Below are positions 11,824 through 24,008 of a DNA stretch of 64,000 nt, in pieces. The stretch covers positions 15,502,001-15,566,000 of the forward strand of contig CM059433.1 in the NCBI GenBank assembly GCA_030390025.1. Direction: 5' to 3'. How positions within the stretch are numbered: position 1 is the first letter of the stretch; each line of letters starts with the position of its first letter. The notes below the pieces were generated by a model, which saw only the letters and a program-made list of their open reading frames with translations, was not told the origin of the DNA and searched no databases. This DNA is from Squalus acanthias (lineage: Eukaryota). The translations under genes were made by a program, and so were the position numbers.

Positions 11824-12799
11824 TTTCAAATAAAACTGTTGGACTATAACCTGGTGTTGTGCGACTTCTCATAATTTTGTACACCTCAATCAGGTCCCCC
11901 CTCAGCCTTCTCTGCTCTAAGGAAAACAATCCCAGCCTGTCCAGTCTCTCTTCATAGCTGAAGCGCTCCAGCCCAGGTAACATCCTGGTGAATCTCCTCT
12001 GCACCCTCTCCAATGCAATCACATCCTTCCTATAGTGTGGCGACCAGAACTGCACACAGTATTCCAGCTGTGGCCTAACTAGCGCTTTGTACAGCTCCAT
12101 CATAACCTCCCTGCTCTTATATTCTATGCCTCGGCTAATGAAGGCAAGTATCCCATATGCCTTTTTAACCACCTTATCTACCTGTCCTGCTGCCTTCAGG
12201 GATCTATGTACATGCACACCAAGGTCCCTCTGATCCTCTGTCCTTCCTAGGGTCCTACCATTCATTGTGTATTCCCTTGCCTTGTTTGTCCTCCCAAAAT
12301 GCATCACCTCACACTTTTCAGGGTTAAATTCCATTTGCCACTGTTCTGCCCATCTAACCATCCTGTCTATATCGTCCTGTAACCTGAGGCTTCCCTCCTT
12401 GCTATTTACCACTCTACCAATTTTCATGTCATCTGTGAACTTCCTGATCATACCTCCTACATTCATATCTAAATCATTAATGTACACTACAAACAGCAAA
12501 GGACCCAGCACTGATCCCTGTGGTATACCACTGGACACAGGCTTCCAGTCACAAAAACAACCTTCGACCATCACCCTCTGCCCCCTGCCACTAAACCAAT
12601 TTTGGATCCACTGTGCCAAATTGCCCTGGATTCCATGGGCTCTTACCTTCTTGACCAGTCTCCCATGCAGGACTTTGTCAAAAGCCTTACTGAAGTTCAT
12701 GTAGACTACATCAACTGCACTACCCTCATCCACGCACCTAGTCACCCCCTCTCAAAATTCAATCAAATTGGTCTTCAATCTGTTCCCGTGATTTGGCCG

Positions 12800-13370
12800 A
12801 CACTAGCAATGCTGCATTTATTGCCCAGCCCTAGTTTTCCTGGTAAGGTGGTGGAGGGGGCGGCCTTCTCCTTGTGGTGTTTGTGTCGACGGTTCTCCCA
12901 CAATGGTGTTAGGTAGAGAATTCTAGGATATTGACACAGCGACGATGTCAGGGGCACCAATCAAACTAACTGCTGTGTCCAGAATGGTGTTCAGCTTCGA
13001 GTTGCAGCTGCTCCCATTCAGGTGAATGGTAAGTATTCCATCGCACACCTGACCTGTGACTCGTAGTAGATGGTAGAGAGGCTTTGAGGGGTCCGGAGGC
13101 AAGTCACTTGTTGCAGAGTACCCAGCCTCTGCCCTTGTTCTTGTAGCCATGCTGTTGATGTGACTGGTCCAGTTCAGCTTCTGGTCAATGATGACCCCCT
13201 CTTAAGATGTTGATGGTGGGGACTCAGCAATGCTGGTGTCATTGAAAGTCAAGAGGAGATGGCTGGGCTTTCTATTGTTTGAAGTGGTCATTACTTGCCA
13301 TTTATGTGGCGTGAATGTTACTTGCCACTTGGTCACCCCCAAGCCTAGATATTATCCAAGTCCTGTTGTA
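12800..13370 (-). mobile_element. Old CR1-group LINE fragment
   Basis: Reverse translation gives degenerate 'YYESQVRCAMEY' (YKAQVRS.MEY-like) post-RT motif. Confidence 0.55.
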
Positions 13371-14564
13371 TGATGGCTAAAGTGCAAAGATAAAGTATTA
13401 GTGGGGATGGATGCGAAATGTTGGTTTGCAGAGGGACTGACCTAGAGCAATAAATATTGGAAGTAATGTATTTTTTTATCTAAAAATGAACATAAGACAA
13501 CTATATTTTTGTCTGACCCCCTACACTAGGGTTGTCAATTTTTCAATAAAATCTGAGTCATACCTGCACATTTGAAAATATGCTTCAAGGTGTGACTTGT
13601 GCTCCAGATTTTGTGGTGAGTTCAGACAGGTTTGTGTTGCAGAGAAAGCTCGATAATTCGATGTCCCAGGACACGGCTGCACAGCAGATGCAGGTTGCTT
13701 CTCGTTGACTTTCAACCTTGCCCTGTGACTGGGAGTCGGGGAGAGGTCGCGTTGAACAGAATTGAACTGCTTATCAAAGGAGAGGGAGAGCGAATCACCC
13801 CCACGGCAATGTCGTGCCCTCTCGTGGTGGTCAACTACAAACTGTAGAGGGCTGGGAGCAGGCTGTCCATCAACACACTCGGCTACAGAGTAGTCAGACC
13901 AGGCATTAAAGCAGGTAGAAGAAAATGTTGCATGTATATAGTGTCCTTTGCATTCTCCTTTTGTGGAGTGTCTTGTGATGATCTACTATGTTATAGGCGC
14001 TGTGTAAATGCAAGTTGTTATACCGTCGTAGGTGCAGGGAGCCATCTTTTATGAGCGTAGCCCACCAATTTAGGCCACTGGTGCGGTTTTCACTCACTGT
14101 GCTGTAAGGACCTAGTCACCAGGAACAAGGTTGCAAATCACAGCTGTGCCTACACATGTTATTCTCAGTTCTGACACTGTGCTTCTAATATAAACAGACT
14201 GGTGTCCTAAGCACTCGGCCCTACTTGTTGAAGCTATTTACCCATATAGGTAACCATTTCAAGCATGGTCTAATGACAAACCATCAGTCATCCGTCTAGC
14301 TGCGACTCCTGATATTCTCAGCAGCACTCTGTTTATACTGTCCAGTCAGCAAAACAAACCGCACCATCATTGCTTGTCAAAACAAGTGATTCAGTTATGA
14401 GGTCTACCACTAATCTCAATCTACCACCCGAATTGATTTTAAAAAATCAATTATACAGCTTCAATATTTTATATGGAATGTCACTGAAAAATACTACAGA
14501 GAGTAACAAGTCGGCAATGAGTCAGCAATAATAAATGTCTCCAGCCTCATTTCCTATGATGTAG

Positions 14565-14766
14565 AAGAACTTGTATTTATTTAGCTTCTTCCTTGTCCTC
14601 GATATACATCGCAAAATGCTTTGCAGGCTGATTTTTTTTTTTTGGTGTAGTCACTGTAGTTACGTAGACACTGCAGTGTCATGTGAGATTGTGTAGTGAC
14701 GTCCTAGAGTGGACTTTGAACCCACAACCATCGGACTCCGAAGTGAGCGTGCTATCATTGAGCCAA
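14565..14766 (-). mobile_element. SINE fragment (tRNA-derived head + tail)
   Basis: Reverse of 'ggctcaatgatagcacgctcac...ggttcaaagtccactc' head and the 'taaataca agttct' tail shared with other SINE copies. Confidence 0.65.
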
Positions 14767-14851
14767 ATTATTTCCTACATGTGTATTAACCGAATGTGGC
14801 AACACAATTGGGTAGTTGAAGGCAAAAAGAAATTAATGCAGAATATGAGGG

Positions 14852-15000
14852 GGTAGGTTTTACGATTTCTCTCCTCCGGTGCAGAGCCCTGCGCGATGGG
14901 GAACGCATATTGGGCTCGCTGACCTACACACCCAAGTTCCCAATGTGTGGCCCGTGTTACACACAGCCATGTGCCGAGAGGACACATCGTAAAGTTCACC
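14852..15000. mobile_element. Short (~150 bp) MITE-like element
   Basis: Imperfect TIRs ggtaggttttacgat / atcgtaaagttcacc. Confidence 0.5.
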
Positions 15001-15134
15001 GATAGATCTTTTAATTGAGAGATTCATTTAGTAAAAACGTACAGAGATTTGTATCAGAAGTCTTTTTTAATAAAAAAGTGATTTTTAAGATGGATTATTT
15101 TGTAAATCTGCTCTTTGTTTTCTTTGTGTTACAG

Positions 15135-15252
15135 ATTCAATGGTCAGAGCCATGGCTGATTGGGCTGCTAGCTTTTCATGCCCTTTGCTTTCTACTTACC
15201 TTGACGACAATTAAATTCTACAGACTGCAGATTGCCCATTTCCTCTTTATGA
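15135..15252 (+). CDS. TMEM18: TMEM18 internal coding exon (IQWSEPWLIGLLAFHALCFLLTLTTIKFYRLQIAHFLFM)
   Basis: Polypyrimidine tract + acag acceptor (15131-15134) and gtaagt donor (15253). The peptide matches the vertebrate TMEM18 'W.EPWL.GL..FH.LC...YRLQI.HFL' segment. 118 bp, phase 0 to 1. Confidence 0.95.
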
Positions 15253-15649
15253 GTAAGTTGTTTTTATGTTTGTATTGGTGTGAAAAATGTAAGATTGAGG
15301 ATGCATTTGGTATTCAGTCAGGAAGTAGGGCCTCGTGAAACGCTTGTGTTGAAGCTGTGAGATGGATCATGCGCGTATTTGTGGCGTATCATTCTGCTTA
15401 CACCTTTTCATGTATGTTTAAACATGCCCAAAAATGACTTCAAGAACTAGTTGTTCTAGGATTTCCTGACTGACCCATAGCAACACCAGACACTTAGGAG
15501 GCCAAATTATTTTTTTCAATGTGAAATATCAACATATTTAGAAATACTTGGTCTTTTAAAAAAAATTATATCATCTGACAGAAATGCAAATCAGTTAAAT
15601 ACAATTTTATATTATACAGTAGGGGATGTCTAAAATCGGAATCTTGCTG

Positions 15650-16018
15650 GCTGATTTGATAGAGGTGTACAAGATTATGACTGGTTTGGATAGGCTGGAT
15701 GGGGAAAGACTGTTCCCACTAGTTGATGGTACAAGGACTAGGACATAGATTTAAGGTTTTGGGCAAGAGATACAGGGGGGTTGTGAGGAAAAACATTTTT
15801 ACGCAGCGAGTGGTGAGGACCTGGAACTCGCTGCCGACGAAGTGGTGGAAGCGGAGACACTCAATGTTTTCAAGGGGAGACTGGATAGGCACTTGAGGGA
15901 AATATACTTGCAGGGCTACGGGGATAGAGCGGGGGAATGGGACTGACTGGATTGCTCTGCAGAGAGCCGGCACGGACTCGATGGGCTGAATGGCCGCCTT
16001 CTGTCCTGGTATGACTCT
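15650..16018 (+). mobile_element. CR1 3' fragment
   Basis: 'gatttgatagaggtgtacaagattatg...gggctgaatggccgccttctg' CR1 3' end. Confidence 0.85.
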
Positions 16019-16329
16019 TGCATAGTTGGAAACTTGCTTTGTTATCAGTTGGGATAGTTTTTTTTAAAGTCCTTTCTTCACTGTTCTGGCTGGGATCATG
16101 GTTAACTGACCGTTCCCTCTGTCAGAGGGCTTCTGCACAGCCCTAGTCCTTTCCTAATTCACTGTAAATAAATCGCAGAGCACCTGGCATTGCATTTTTT
16201 TACCTTGCTGACCATGAGTGGAGAAGTGTGGCTGTGGCTCGTGCTGAAGTGCTACCTGGATAACATCAGTTAAAGTTCTTACAAGATCCATCACTCATTC
16301 ATTGAATACAGCCAGCCACAAAATGTTAG

Positions 16330-16830
16330 AAAAGAACATAAGAAATAGGAGTGGGAGTAGTCCATTCGGCCCTTCGAGCCTGCTCCACCATTCAATAAGA
16401 TCATGGCTGATCATCTACCTCATCTCCACTTTCCTGCCCTATCCCCATATCCCTCGATTCCCTTTGCATTCAAAAATTTTTCAATCTCTCGTCTTGAATA
16501 TACTCAACCACTAAGCATCCACAGTCCTCTGCGGAAGAGAATTCCAAAGAGTCACAACTCTGACTGAAGAAATTTCTCCTCCTCTCAGTCCTAAATGGCC
16601 GACCCCTTATTCTGAGACTGTGACCCCTGGTTCTAGACTCCCCAGCCAGGGGAAACATCCTCCCTGCATCTACCCTGTCCATCCCCTTAAGAATGTTATA
16701 CATTTCAATGAGATCACCTCTCATTCTTCTAAACTGTAGGGAATATAGGCCCATTCTACTCAATCTCTCCTCATAGGACATTCCCCACCATCCCATGAAT
16801 CAGTCTGGTGAATCTTTGTTGCACTCCCTG
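16330..16830 (-). mobile_element. CR1 3' fragment
   Basis: ORF 16470-16796(-) YEERLSRMGLYSL...RGDLIE. Confidence 0.88.
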
Positions 16831-17074
16831 TAAAACTTTCTGATTTTACTGAAGTACCTCCAGTCTGTTGTGTAACAAAGCAAATATCAGCTACAAAATT
16901 GAGCTTCACTGTGAATAATGTTCCTCCATCTTCAATAACATATTCTTGTTGCTTCTGTGCAGTTAGTGGTACCCACACTATCTAGCCTATAGCATTAATT
17001 CATGTTTCAATGGATGTGCAAAGCTACTGTCTTACAAAATATGGGGTAGATATGCACGTAGGGCAAACAAAAAG

Positions 17075-17836
17075 TTTTAGATAATTCATGTGAATTGGGA
17101 AACGCTGAAACTAGTGCTGCAGGCCAAACTGCTCAACCCCTTTGAAACTTTGCAGTAACTGGTGCAAAGTTTGCAGTAAGGCTTGGCATTGCAGTATGCT
17201 TATTGCCACTAGAGGTCAGTGTGGTGCTTTATAAATGTCCTGCAAATCTATAGCAGTAGACATGGAAGTACTATGCAGGTGCAAATAACTTTTTAATAAT
17301 GGAAAGATGTTACAAGACAGTAACTTAATTGGAAATCTAAGTAATTTAGATAACTGAACCCCAATTACTTACCTTTTAATTCACACCTACATTTTAATAT
17401 TTAGTACGATGATCAGTGTTTTGAAGAAATCGAGCCTGTCATTGGAAGCTGAGTGCAGGGAATCCCGACCAACTGTGGTATTAGTCACCAGCTGTCCAGA
17501 TCTCGATTGCTGTGTATGTACACAATCTATAGACCCAAATGCAGACAAGCCTTTGGTATTGCTAAACCTAATGTAATTTGATACTTATCTACAATATTCA
17601 TGGTTCATTATGAAATGATCTATCAAATATGTGAGGCAGCTGATAGAAATCTATCATTTGAGAGTTTTGGATAATTCGTGTGAATTGGGAAACACTGAAA
17701 ATAGTGCTGCAGGCCAAACTGCTCAACCCCCATTGAAACTTTGCAGTAACTTGTGCAAAGTTTGCAGTAATGCTTGGCATTACAGTATGGTTATTACCAC
17801 TAGAGGTCAGTGTGGTGCCTCACATTCTTCTGCAAT
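17075..17836 (+). repeat. Direct duplication of a ~170-bp unit (17075-17246 and ~17665-17836), each with a CTCF-like site
   Basis: Both copies read ...gataattc.tgtgaattgggaaac.ctgaaa.tagtgctgcaggccaaactgctcaacccc...ccactagaggtcagtgtggtgc. Confidence 0.85.
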
Positions 17837-20800
17837 CTCATGATGCTATTGTTGTCCTGACTCACTTCCCTTTCACCTTTTTAAAATCCACTTCCCTTCA
17901 GCATTCAACGACTGTCTTGATATTAGATTCCCTAGTTTGTTACAGTTTAATTGTCTATTTTGGTTCAGTATTTGTATGTAGTTGATTATGAACTTTTTTT
18001 TACTTTATGCTTTTATAAGGCTGTTTTTTGGTAATCATCCATAAATGTGTTGAAGTAATCTAATTAAGGAGATTATGTTTTGCTGTATATGAACTTTCAA
18101 TTCAACAGGGAACTATAAGCAGTGCATGTTGTGATATAGTGAGGAGCACTTAGCATAATTATTGTTGAGTCATTTCCTTTGGTCACATACTTTTTCCACA
18201 GCCAAATATGCTGGCACTGTGAATCTTAACCATTAGTATACAAATTAAAAACCAATATATTGTAATACTGTAAATAGACTTTAGAAACTGTTGTGTAGTG
18301 AGAGTCTATGATGATGTTGGTGGCTGAGTGGATTCATGCTTCTGAGTTTCGATCCAGCCTAGAATCTGCTATCTCAAAGAGCCACTTCAGAGCTCGGCTT
18401 CAGTGATATCCAAACTTTTGGACTACTTTAGTTATTTACCATGGAGCGCATGGGCCACGTATAAATAATTATAATCTAAAGCACCAAATTCAAGGAACAC
18501 TTTAAATGAAGACAGCACCACTTTGCCCACTCACTTAAAAACTGCTGGAATTAAACTAAAACCATCGACTTTATTTGTCTTCATTACTTATTAGTCAAAG
18601 TATAGCGCTGCACCATAACTACAGTGAAACATAACCCTGCTCATTCAACTTGTCCATGCTGGGAACCATGTTGGAACTAATGATGGACTTTCTGTGCTGT
18701 AGAGCAACACAGTAAATCCCTGTGAGACACTGCCTCTTACTTATTGAAGCCCTTATTCACAGCAATAAAGAAAATCTGCAACCATTTGAATTTTTATTCA
18801 CCCTTAAAAATAAATTCTACGGCTGACCGTTGGTTGTCAAGGTGATGGAGTACAAGCTTAGAGCTCATGGTGTGGGTGCATTCTGGTTTCTGAGGTAATT
18901 TTTTAATTTTAATTTAAAAATTAACAATTTAATATTGATGGGAATATGTGAGACCTTTAGATTGAGAATGGAGGTTGAATTTGGGTGCTATGTTACACTG
19001 ACTGGGTTTGATGAAAGATAACAGTGCAGAGCAAAAACACATAAAATGGGAGGTGCTGCAGGTAGGTGATACCATGGACATTGGTGGGTCAACAGTCTGT
19101 ATAGCCACGACTCGTGGTTCCCATGGGTCATAGGTTTGACACCTGATCTACAGTTTGTTTTTTATGCTCTTTGATTATAATAAGTGGTGTTTGCTGATAC
19201 AATGACATTCTCATCAGGCAAATGGTATGATATCAGTAGTTTCAGAGGCCTTTTTTTGAACAATTTCGCCAATTTAAAAAAAAAATTTATCTTTAAGGTT
19301 GCATTCATCAATGTAGGCTGTTTATGCTATTGCAGTTTTTATGCTAGCCATGGCACTAATTCAGTTGAAGTATAGAGTAGTAATAAATTACCTATCTGAC
19401 CCAGGTTCTGCACCTCCGGACTGAGTTGTACTGGGCTGTCAACGTCAGTTTTGATTTAAATTATGTTAATTCACAATTTTCATCAGTCTGAAGTAAACAA
19501 TATACTTTATATAACTCCGCAATCCTGATGTGAATTGTCTGCAAATGCATTTACTTGAAGATGAGCGCATGGATTAAGCGAACAGTATTTGTTCTCTTCC
19601 AAAACTTGAAATTAGAGAGTATTGGGACAGTCACATTTCGAAGTGTCCAAAGCAATGTTTCCCCTAATTTGTTTTTGGGTGCACGGCTTCTTTAAGGGGC
19701 TGCGCGGCCCATTCACAGTTTCGCGCATGTGTGAAACCTAACATTGGCAAAGCCGGTCCCGGGCTGTGTGGGACCGGCTGAAAGCTGCACAGCTTAGAAG
19801 GAATGTTGGACCAAAGTATAGAAAATGAAAAAGAATGGCAATAATTTTCTGCTGGCTTCTCCTGACCTAGAGCTGGAAATTTACAAGCACCAGTCAGTCT
19901 GCAAACTTCCTTCACTATCCATAGTTAACTTGTAATTGATCTCAGATCCTCGCATTTACAGCAATTTGACTTTAGTGGCCTTAAAGGATACAGATCTAGT
20001 TAAAGACAGCAGCACCTTAGCAGAATACTACACTGTGCATAATATGGTATAAATGCTCCTATCATTTGAGTTCCATATGACTTGCCATGAGCAACACCAC
20101 AGGAGAGCTGCGTATGTTTAAGTATTTGAATGAAATAAACGTCCACCCTGTAGGCCCATGGTTTCACAACTCAATTGGACTATTACTGTATGCATACAGT
20201 CTTTCTCACTGACTCTTAAGAATTTTGTCTGGTTAACTGGGTGGAAATTAGGACTATTATCTTGTAAAACAAAGTATCTAACCCAGATTATACCTAAAAC
20301 ACCCCTTTTTTTAAGGAAAAAATGCAATACACTACAAGTGAAATTTTGTAATCTCAATCTACTCAGGAAATGCACCACATTGAATAGATTGGGCTGCGCT
20401 TGAGTGCAAACAATATGTTGTTTCTGGAAATTGTTTGAATCCAGTTCAGACTGGTAAAAATAAAGGCTCTTTTCTCTTGAACAATTGGAAGTATCCTGCA
20501 TGAAATGAGGGCGGACGCCTTTCTCCATTGGCTATCAATAGCACAGAGCTGCCCATAATTTGGTTCTGAATTGGTACTTGCTCAGGGGTGACAAGGATGG
20601 CTAGTGTGGAAAATCCTGTAATTGTACAGTTAGGCTTTTAGAGGATATTGTGAAGACTTCTTGGGATGCTAGTTAGATGCAATTTTGCTAACATCACTCT
20701 GCTTCTAATCTATTAATCGCCTTGCCTGACCCAACGTGGATTATTTTTACGACTCGGCAGTGACAGGTTATCATTCACCTTGGCCACACACTAACTATTT

Positions 20801-21483
20801 AAATTAAAAGGTAGCGTTATTGCAAAGCAGAACAACTTTGCACTAATGCTACGTGTAGTCACAGTCTTTAACAGTGAGAAAGAACTGCCATGGCAGAATT
20901 ACTACTATGTGTGCCCAGTTTGAGGGAAAATAAAAGTTAATTTACCTGTATCAAGTTCCATAATTACCCTGATCCCCAACCGCTTGCATGATTTCCATCC
21001 CGGCCCTTCCTCTCCACCCCCCCCACCCCCAAAAAACCCAAGTGGATGTTAGGAATGAAGTGAAAACGTCCCTGAAGTTACCGCGTTTCCTACATTTCGA
21101 TGTGCACAAGGTGGTGAGACAGAACTGCTGAGCTGAGGTTACTGATGGGTTTACACTGAACAGCTATAACTGAAGCCAAGGACCAAAACAGCAACTTTTA
21201 TTCTGGTTTTGTACTAATGTGAAGCTGGTATGCCTTCAATATTAATTTCACGCCAGTATAATGGACAGTGTGTGTGGATTATTAAAAAAAAATATTTTTA
21301 AAAACTGCAAATGCTGAAAACCGGAAATAGTTTAAATTAATTGAACTATTTAAATGTTGGAATATCAAAATTGCTGGTATCAGCAAGTTGGTTATACAGT
21401 GAAATAAAACTAAAAGATCAACTTGGCAGTTAAATGTTCATCCCTAACTAATTTGTATCACCTTACTCTTCTCTTTATTGCAG

Positions 21484-21538
21484 TTGTGTTGGTATACTGT
21501 GCAGAATACATTAATGAAATGGCAGCAATGAACTGGAG
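21484..21538 (+). CDS. TMEM18: TMEM18 internal coding exon ((I)VLVYCAEYINEMAAMNW(R))
   Basis: ttgcag acceptor and ag|gtaaag donor; 55 bp; phase-compatible with the previous exon; near-identical to the TMEM18 'LVYCAEYINE.AAMNWR' motif. Confidence 0.95.
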
Positions 21539-21689
21539 GTAAAGGCAATGGAAATCTTTATAGTGTTAAAATTATTATGTAAAAATAAGCAACATATTAT
21601 GTTGATATTATTGCATTCATTTCCCACATTTAGACACTTTACATATCAAAAAGTCACATAGTTTGCCATAGTATGAATCAAATCCAATG

Positions 21690-22178
21690 TGACTGATTCC
21701 TGGGATGGCAGGACTGTTGTATGAGGAGAGATTGGGTCGACTAGGCCTGTATTCGCTAGAGTTTAGAAGAATGAGAGGGGATCTCATTTGAAACGTATAA
21801 AATTCTGACCGGGCTAGACAGACTGGATGCAGGGAGGATGTTTCCCCTGGCTGGGGGGTCTAGAACGAGGGGTCACAGTTTCCGGATAAGGGGTAGGACA
21901 TTTAGGACTTAGATGAAGAGAAATTTCTTCACTCAGAGGGTGGTGAGCCTGTGGAATTCTCTACCACAGAAGGCTGGGGAGGCCAAGTCACTGAATATAT
22001 TTAAGAAGGAGATAGATAGATTTTCTAGACACACAAGGCATTAAGGGGTATGGGGAGAGAGCGGGAATATGGTATTGAGATAGAGGATCAGCCATGATCA
22101 TATTGAATGGCAGAGCAGGCTCGAAGGGCCGAATGGCCTACTCCTGCTCCTATTTTTCTATGTTCTATGTTTCTATGT
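21690..22178 (+). mobile_element. CR1 3' fragment
   Basis: Ends in ttctatg tandem tail at 22156-22177. Confidence 0.9.
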
Positions 22179-22434
22179 GTTAATCAAGTAGTGTATCGAT
22201 TAGCTCTGTGCTTGAGTGTAGTCCTACAGCTGCATGGTTTTGAATGCTGTGAATTATTGTGAAATATAGTAAATATACCTATATTGTTTAATCTGTATTG
22301 TATCAGAAAAGCAGATGTTGGTGCAGGATCAGTGTATGATTTTTAAATACTACTGGTTCTGACTCCATTTTCACCATTACTACTTTTTCATGCCCCTTGC
22401 TGTGAGTCCTGAGTTGTTACTTCAGCCTGACCCC

Positions 22435-23352
22435 ACTAACTACTGTTCACTGTGTACATCAGTGATTTGGATGTAGGGCTAGGGAGAGCGGTGTCCAAAT
22501 TTGCAGATGATACTAAAATAGGAGGCACAGTAAATAATTCTGAGGACCAAAGAAAGGGGATATTGATAAGATGGCAGAATGGGCAAGAAAGTGGCAGATG
22601 GAATTCAATGTCAGTAAATCTGAGGTGGTACATTTTGGTTAAAAATAAAGTTATAATTTGGGAGGAAGCTGGATGATGTTGAAGAGCAGATGGATTTGGG
22701 GGTTCAGGTAGAAATACATTAAAAGTAGCACTTCAAGTGAATACAGACATAAAAAAGCTAATGGAATATTGGGTTTTATGGCAAGAGATATAGAATATAC
22801 AAGTCGAGATGGAATGGTGAATCTATATAAAATCTTAAGACCACAGCCGGAGTACTGAGAGTTTTGGGTTCCACACTAAAGGAAATACGTAGAGGCAATA
22901 GAGAGAATACAATGCAGATCTACTAGGATGCTGCCTGGTTTGAAAAAACAAAATAAGACCGACATGAAAACTTGGGGTTGTTTTCATTAGAATAGAGGAG
23001 ATTAAGGGGTGTTTTAAAATGATGAAGGTTTGGGACAGAGTAGATAGAAACAAACTGTTTCCAATGATTGGCAGGTCCAGAATGAGGGAACATGGCTATA
23101 AGCTTAAATGCAAGAGATTTATGATAAAAGTGCAAGAAAAACACTTTGGCACAGAGGATTGTGAGGCTGTGGAATGCACTACCAGACTTCGAGATTCAAG
23201 CAGAGACCATGGGAACGTTTGAGAATAGGTTAGAGAGGTGATTGAATGAAAGGGGAAGGGTGGGCACATGGGATTAGGTCTACTGCTCGCGTGGGAGTTA
23301 AACACCATATAGACTGGTTGGGCTGAACTGCCTGTTTCTGTATTGTAATTCT
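22435..23352 (+). mobile_element. Old CR1 fragment
   Basis: YISDLD...SKFADDTKIGG; degenerate 3' end. Confidence 0.8.
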
Positions 23353-23712
23353 AAATTATCATTTGGAAACAGCGCCACTTGAATCTAGTATTTACTATTC
23401 AAAGAAAAATCAAAATAATTCCAAATTAGTGTTATTGGAACTTCTACCCAAGAACAAGTATTGTTGTGAATATTGACATTTTTTAATAGCATGTATTAAC
23501 TGAAGATTTCTATTTAATCTTGTAATATTGCTCTTTTGGGGGGGAAAATATAGCTGCAAGTACTAAATATTGTTTTAATTTATTTTGTTCTTTAGGTTTT
23601 AGCTGTCGTTCTTCCATTAGTTCAAATTAGTAGTATAATACAGTTAACATTCTTGTAGCTCTGGATTTTAGATAAAAGCTCAGGTTGTAAAAAAAAAAAC
23701 ATTTTTTTCCAG

Positions 23713-23806
23713 ATTATTTTCCATGTATCAGTACTTCGACTCCAATGGGATGTTCATTTCACTCGTCTTTTCAACGCCACTTCTACTGAACACGATGATC
23801 ATTGTG
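23713..23806 (+). CDS. TMEM18: TMEM18 internal coding exon ([31 protein letters not shown])
   Basis: tttttttccag acceptor and gtatga donor; 94 bp; phase-compatible; carries the TMEM18 signature QYFDS.GMFIS. Confidence 0.96.
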
Positions 23807-23909
23807 GTATGAGTTCATTTCCACTTGTTTTAGTGCTTCCAATTTTGCCCAAGAATTTGCATCATTTTTTTCCCCCCCCCAATTTAACTATTTTCTGCCG
23901 TTTTCTTAG

Positions 23910-24008
23910 ATTGTGTGGGTATACAGAACATTGGCAGAAATGACAGAATTGAAGTCACTGAAGCAGAAAAAGAAAGCAAACAAGGAAAAGGAAAAGAAAA
24001 CCACATAA
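23910..24008 (+). CDS. TMEM18: TMEM18 last coding exon (IVWVYRTLAEMTELKSLKQKKKANKEKEKKTT*)
   Basis: Follows a 103-bp intron ending ttttcttag; basic Lys-rich C-terminal tail typical of TMEM18; TAA at 24006-24008. Confidence 0.94.
   Translation: MVWVYRTLAEMTELKSLKQKKKANKEKEKKTT

Larger units (their letters stand above)
10188..11867 (+). mobile_element. Second Penelope-like family: GIY-YIG C-terminal fragment + tail with hammerheads (contains a MITE)
   Basis: YIGETMQTLQQRMNGHR...PVGEHF...GLNRD (10197-10459); hammerhead motifs at 10466, 11668 and 11791; 12-bp TSD. Confidence 0.82.
9843..12772 (-). mobile_element. CR1 LINE interrupted at 10188-11867 by a PLE fragment
   Basis: RT ORF 11768-12745(-) with FSKAFDKV and SGIPQGSVLGP; 3' end at ~9843-10187; ctcataattttg duplicated at 10176-10187 and 11868-11879. 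Confidence 0.9.

Noticed and set aside
11700..11872. CRISPR-like repeat-spacer pattern
   Set aside because: Only two units, explained by a duplicated PLE tail; eukaryotic context and no cas genes.
1..15134. TMEM18 first coding exon / promoter
   Set aside because: No convincing ATG exon with a phase-0 donor and no CpG-island promoter was found. The GC-rich patches here are MITEs.
15015..15338. 107-aa ORF as a single-exon membrane protein
   Set aside because: Only 15135-15252 is TMEM18-like and it is bounded by splice sites; the rest is intron read-through.
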